From an uncultured virus (IMG/VR IMGVR_UViG_3300027542_000007) (taxonomy: Duplodnaviria > Heunggongvirae > Uroviricota > Caudoviricetes), in the IMG/VR virus record IMGVR_UViG_3300027542_000007, positions 1 to 64,000 of that record: a DNA stretch of 64,000 nucleotides. One strand, written 5' to 3'. Below, one piece after another: positions 60,876 to 64,000 of this stretch (position 1 is its first letter; each line of letters opens with the position of its first letter). The translations under genes and the position numbers were made by a program. Below the pieces are notes generated by a model. That model was not told where the DNA came from, ran no database searches, and saw only the letters and a list, made by a program, of their open reading frames with translations.

Positions 60876-63419
60876 ATGAAATCAGTAATACCATTTAGAA
60901 AGGTATTGTCCAGGAAATTTGATGTTGGAAATGTGTATGGGAACGGTGGATATGTATTAAATTATGGCGCTCTAACAGCAAACCCAACTCATACTAATGT
61001 AAAACTATTTGTTGAATTCGGAGTAAGCGATTCTCCTGATATTAAGTTTAATCAGACTTTAGATTTAGTTAATCTTCTTAAAGAAGAAGACAGGGATGGA
61101 CTTACTGATACCATTTTAAATTTAATGGATGGGATAGTAAATTTAGAGAATGCTATAGAAAAAATATCATCTTCAAAATTTGATAGTGATTCTAAAAATG
61201 AATTAATTGAGAGATGCAATGTTTTAGAAGCATGTGATCGTGTTTTAAGAAACAGAGCAAAGATACAAAAAAGATTTAATTTTGACAAAGTCATAAGAGA
61301 AAATAAATATGGAGACTTAAAGCATACTGTAAATGAATTATGCGCATTAATAGATACTTATGATATTTCTAGTAAGGCTAAACTGAATATTGCTATAGAA
61401 AATATAAATTATTCTTTCTTAGCATCTGGAAATGAACAAAATGTAAATGAGGTTACGGATTATATTGTCGGCTATTTTTTGTCTAGAAGTCCTATAATTA
61501 CTGATAAAGATGCCAATGGGTATATTGATGTATTAGAAAACAACCTATTTATTGATAAAGATTCTATTCCAGCATATCATACTATGATATATAATAGAGA
61601 TAATGAATTTGGTTGTACATTTGTAAATGCTATAAATAATATAGCAGTACAATGTGAAAGTGCGGAGATGACAAGTTTAATTGAATCTATGCCTCGTATA
61701 ACTACAGAAAAGACGGCATCTGGTTTTATGGATAGATTTAAGAAATTATGCCAAGAAGAAACTATTCCTGATTCTGATATAATGAATGGAATAAAGGCAT
61801 TCTGCACTCTTCCACTTATAGGTTCAATAAATAGTGAATTTATTTGCTATCAATTGGATAAACAAATAGATTTGGAAATAAAGGATAGAATTAAAGATTA
61901 CGAAGGAGATATTACTGTATCTACGGTAATCAAAAATAATGATTTAGTTACCATGTCAGAATTTGTTTCATCCATAACAGAGGCAAAGGCATTAAAAGAT
62001 GACGAAGATGAAGAACAGATAGATCTTCTTGAGGCTTTATTGGATAACGATAATTTCAAGAAAGATATAGAGTCTTTTAAAACTAGCCAGAAGAAAACTC
62101 CATCTGCTTTTAAGGCATTAATCAATAAAGCGCTGACAAAATCGCCAGAGGCTTTATTAGATGAAGCTCCAGATTTATTAGCTCTTGGTAGAGGCATGAT
62201 ATATATTTGTATAGCAGCTTTACTACCATATGGTCCAGTTATTGCTGGTATATCCATGCTAATTATGAAATTAATAGGAATGAAGTTAAATATCAATAAG
62301 GCCAAGCAATTAATGAGACATCTTAAGAAAGAAAAAGAAGCTGCTGTAAAGAAAAAGGATAAGCTTAAAAGTGATAAAGAGAAAAAAGCCACAGAGGAAT
62401 ATATCGCTTGCCTTGATAAAGGTATCAAGAAATTAGCTGATTATATCCTTGACATAGATGATGAAGACGACGAAGCATCAGATGCATCTATTGGTAGCCT
62501 TTCAAAAGATGATGATGAATTTGATTTTGGCGATGATAATGATGATTTCGACTTTGGAGATTTTAGCTTTGAAGAAGCAGTATCATTTACCGGAAGATTA
62601 TTGGAAGCAGTAATAGATATAGAAGAAACCTCTTCAGTATTTATACCTAATATTCCATCGTATCTTGTAGGGGAATCTTTGACAGAATGCAGTGGGCTGT
62701 TTTCTAATTGCCCAAAGGAACTAAGAGACCAATTTTATTCTACTATAGATTTACAATTAAAGCAGAGCAAAGACTCTATAACAAATACGATATGCACAAT
62801 CTTATTGGACTCTAAAGACAGAGATATATTAGAAGCAAATACATATGCTAAAGTCTTTTTGCAAAGAGATGCTATGAAAGAAGCAATACGTGTTGTGAAC
62901 GAAGCATTTGACCTTAATACTCTTAAGCTTGCATTTGTGAATTTTAAGAATAAAGCTAAACAGCTTAAATCTAAAGAGCAAGCGGTATGGAGAAATATTG
63001 ATATTGCCGCATCGGGTTTGAGTAAAGGATTTCAGAGAGCTTTAACCTCAGACAGAAGAGAAGCAATTATTAAAGGTTCAATTATACCTTCATTTTCAAA
63101 AATAATCAAATCAGCATTAGCAGTTGGGGCCGTTGGTGCATTTACTGGACCTGTAGGAGCCGCTATAACTGCATTAGGCGGATTTGCTGTATCTAAGTCT
63201 TTAAATCATAAAGAAAGAATGCTTATTTATGATGAAATAGATACAGAGCTTCAAGTAGTAGAGAAACAACTACAGCTTGCCGAAAGCGAAGGAGATATGA
63301 ATCAATATAGATTCCTGCTTAATTATCAAAAGAAATTGCAGAGAGAAAAGCAGCGTATCAAATATGGTATTAAGATGCAAGGAAGAGATTTACCAGAAAT
63401 TAAAGGTGGTGACAAATAA
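60876..63419 (+). CDS. Large late protein, probably an internal head/virion protein
   Basis: 847 aa, late promoter, acidic patch, repeated [LIV]-x-E-[AS] motifs. Confidence 0.6.
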   Translation: MKSVIPFRKVLSRKFDVGNVYGNGGYVLNYGALTANPTHTNVKLFVEFGVSDSPDIKFNQTLDLVNLLKEEDRDGLTDTILNLMDGIVNLENAIEKISSSKFDSDSKNELIERCNVLEACDRVLRNRAKIQKRFNFDKVIRENKYGDLKHTVNELCALIDTYDISSKAKLNIAIENINYSFLASGNEQNVNEVTDYIVGYFLSRSPIITDKDANGYIDVLENNLFIDKDSIPAYHTMIYNRDNEFGCTFVNAINNIAVQCESAEMTSLIESMPRITTEKTASGFMDRFKKLCQEETIPDSDIMNGIKAFCTLPLIGSINSEFICYQLDKQIDLEIKDRIKDYEGDITVSTVIKNNDLVTMSEFVSSITEAKALKDDEDEEQIDLLEALLDNDNFKKDIESFKTSQKKTPSAFKALINKALTKSPEALLDEAPDLLALGRGMIYICIAALLPYGPVIAGISMLIMKLIGMKLNINKAKQLMRHLKKEKEAAVKKKDKLKSDKEKKATEEYIACLDKGIKKLADYILDIDDEDDEASDASIGSLSKDDDEFDFGDDNDDFDFGDFSFEEAVSFTGRLLEAVIDIEETSSVFIPNIPSYLVGESLTECSGLFSNCPKELRDQFYSTIDLQLKQSKDSITNTICTILLDSKDRDILEANTYAKVFLQRDAMKEAIRVVNEAFDLNTLKLAFVNFKNKAKQLKSKEQAVWRNIDIAASGLSKGFQRALTSDRREAIIKGSIIPSFSKIIKSALAVGAVGAFTGPVGAAITALGGFAVSKSLNHKERMLIYDEIDTELQVVEKQLQLAESEGDMNQYRFLLNYQKKLQREKQRIKYGIKMQGRDLPEIKGGDK

Positions 63420-64000
63420 TGAGTGTTTTTATAGCGGCTGCAGAAACCAGAGATTCGTTTAAAAAGAAAATGTTAGATGAATTAGCCGGAGGGGATATTG
63501 AAACTGCTAAAGACCTATATGGCATATCTGTTAAAGAAGAAGTGGACCCCACTTTGAGATTTTTTACAGATGAATTGTTTGATGAGATGATCCATGAGTT
63601 TGATGTAAACGGAGAAAATAGGGACTCCGACGATAACGAAGAATTAGACGCCGAAGAAGGAAATCCTGATGGGGAAGCAGAGGAAAATGAAGGAGAACAA
63701 CCGGAGTCTCAAACTGAATCCGAAGAAAATACTGAAGAACCTGATAACGATGAAGACTTCGAGCTTCCAGAAGACGAAGAAGAACAAGAAGATGACAACA
63801 CTCCGTCAGATGAAGACGGAGCTAATGGTGTTAACGCGCCAGAAGAGGAAGAAAATGATGAAGACTTCAATATGGATGGAGAAAACGAAGAGGGAGAAGA
63901 TACACCAGATGATGATACTTCTGAAGCAGACACTGACGCCGATGACTCATCAGATGATTCGTCTAAGTTAAAAGATTTGGAAACCGTGGCTTTTGCCGAA
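63419..64000 (+). CDS. Highly acidic protein (3' truncated)
   Basis: ATG overlaps upstream stop; MSVFIAAAETR... then a long D/E-rich tract, open to window end. Confidence 0.8.
   Translation, partial: MSVFIAAAETRDSFKKKMLDELAGGDIETAKDLYGISVKEEVDPTLRFFTDELFDEMIHEFDVNGENRDSDDNEELDAEEGNPDGEAEENEGEQPESQTESEENTEEPDNDEDFELPEDEEEQEDDNTPSDEDGANGVNAPEEEENDEDFNMDGENEEGEDTPDDDTSEADTDADDSSDDSSKLKDLETVAFAE

Noticed and set aside
1..64000. Alternative genetic code (stop-codon recoding)
   Set aside because: Conserved genes are full length under code 11, and TAA, TAG and TGA all occur as stops
1..64000. Many short antisense or overlapping ORFs in the track (e.g. 23274-23891, 61898-62428, 40107-40505)
   Set aside because: Shadows of long genes on the opposite strand, without RBS or motifs
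1..64000. Self-targets of array spacers inside the window
   Set aside because: No adjacent spacerA/spacerB match noticed by eye; single 9-mers match by chance, so an exhaustive search is needed

Overview
AT-rich segment of a jumbo myophage genome of the AR9/PBS1/phiKZ type; strong AGGAGG RBSs and a Bacillota-type tRNA-Ile2 suggest a Bacillota host (inference). It encodes gyrB (partial) and gyrA, fragments of two multisubunit RNA polymerases, a split family-B DNA polymerase, NAD-dependent ligase, RecA/UvsX, SbcC, an SF2 helicase, a tubulin/FtsZ-family protein, portal, terminase, tail sheath/tube, prohead protease, two tRNAs and a ~370-nt structured RNA. Main findings: (1) a TIGR-Tas-like RNA-guided system. 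A nuclease-less IS110/Nop-domain protein (1753-2868) is followed by an array of 38-nt units (two alternating repeats, two 9-nt spacers), and two more arrays with the same repeats sit in the 3' UTRs of unrelated genes (843-942, 16793-16987). (2) A short motif [RKP]-G-M-x-Y recurs, often in tandem, in tails or insertions of many replication and transcription proteins. (3) AR9-like late promoters (AACA-N6-TA) are embedded in anti-Shine-Dalgarno hairpins. All calls are from reading motifs by eye; no database searches were run.
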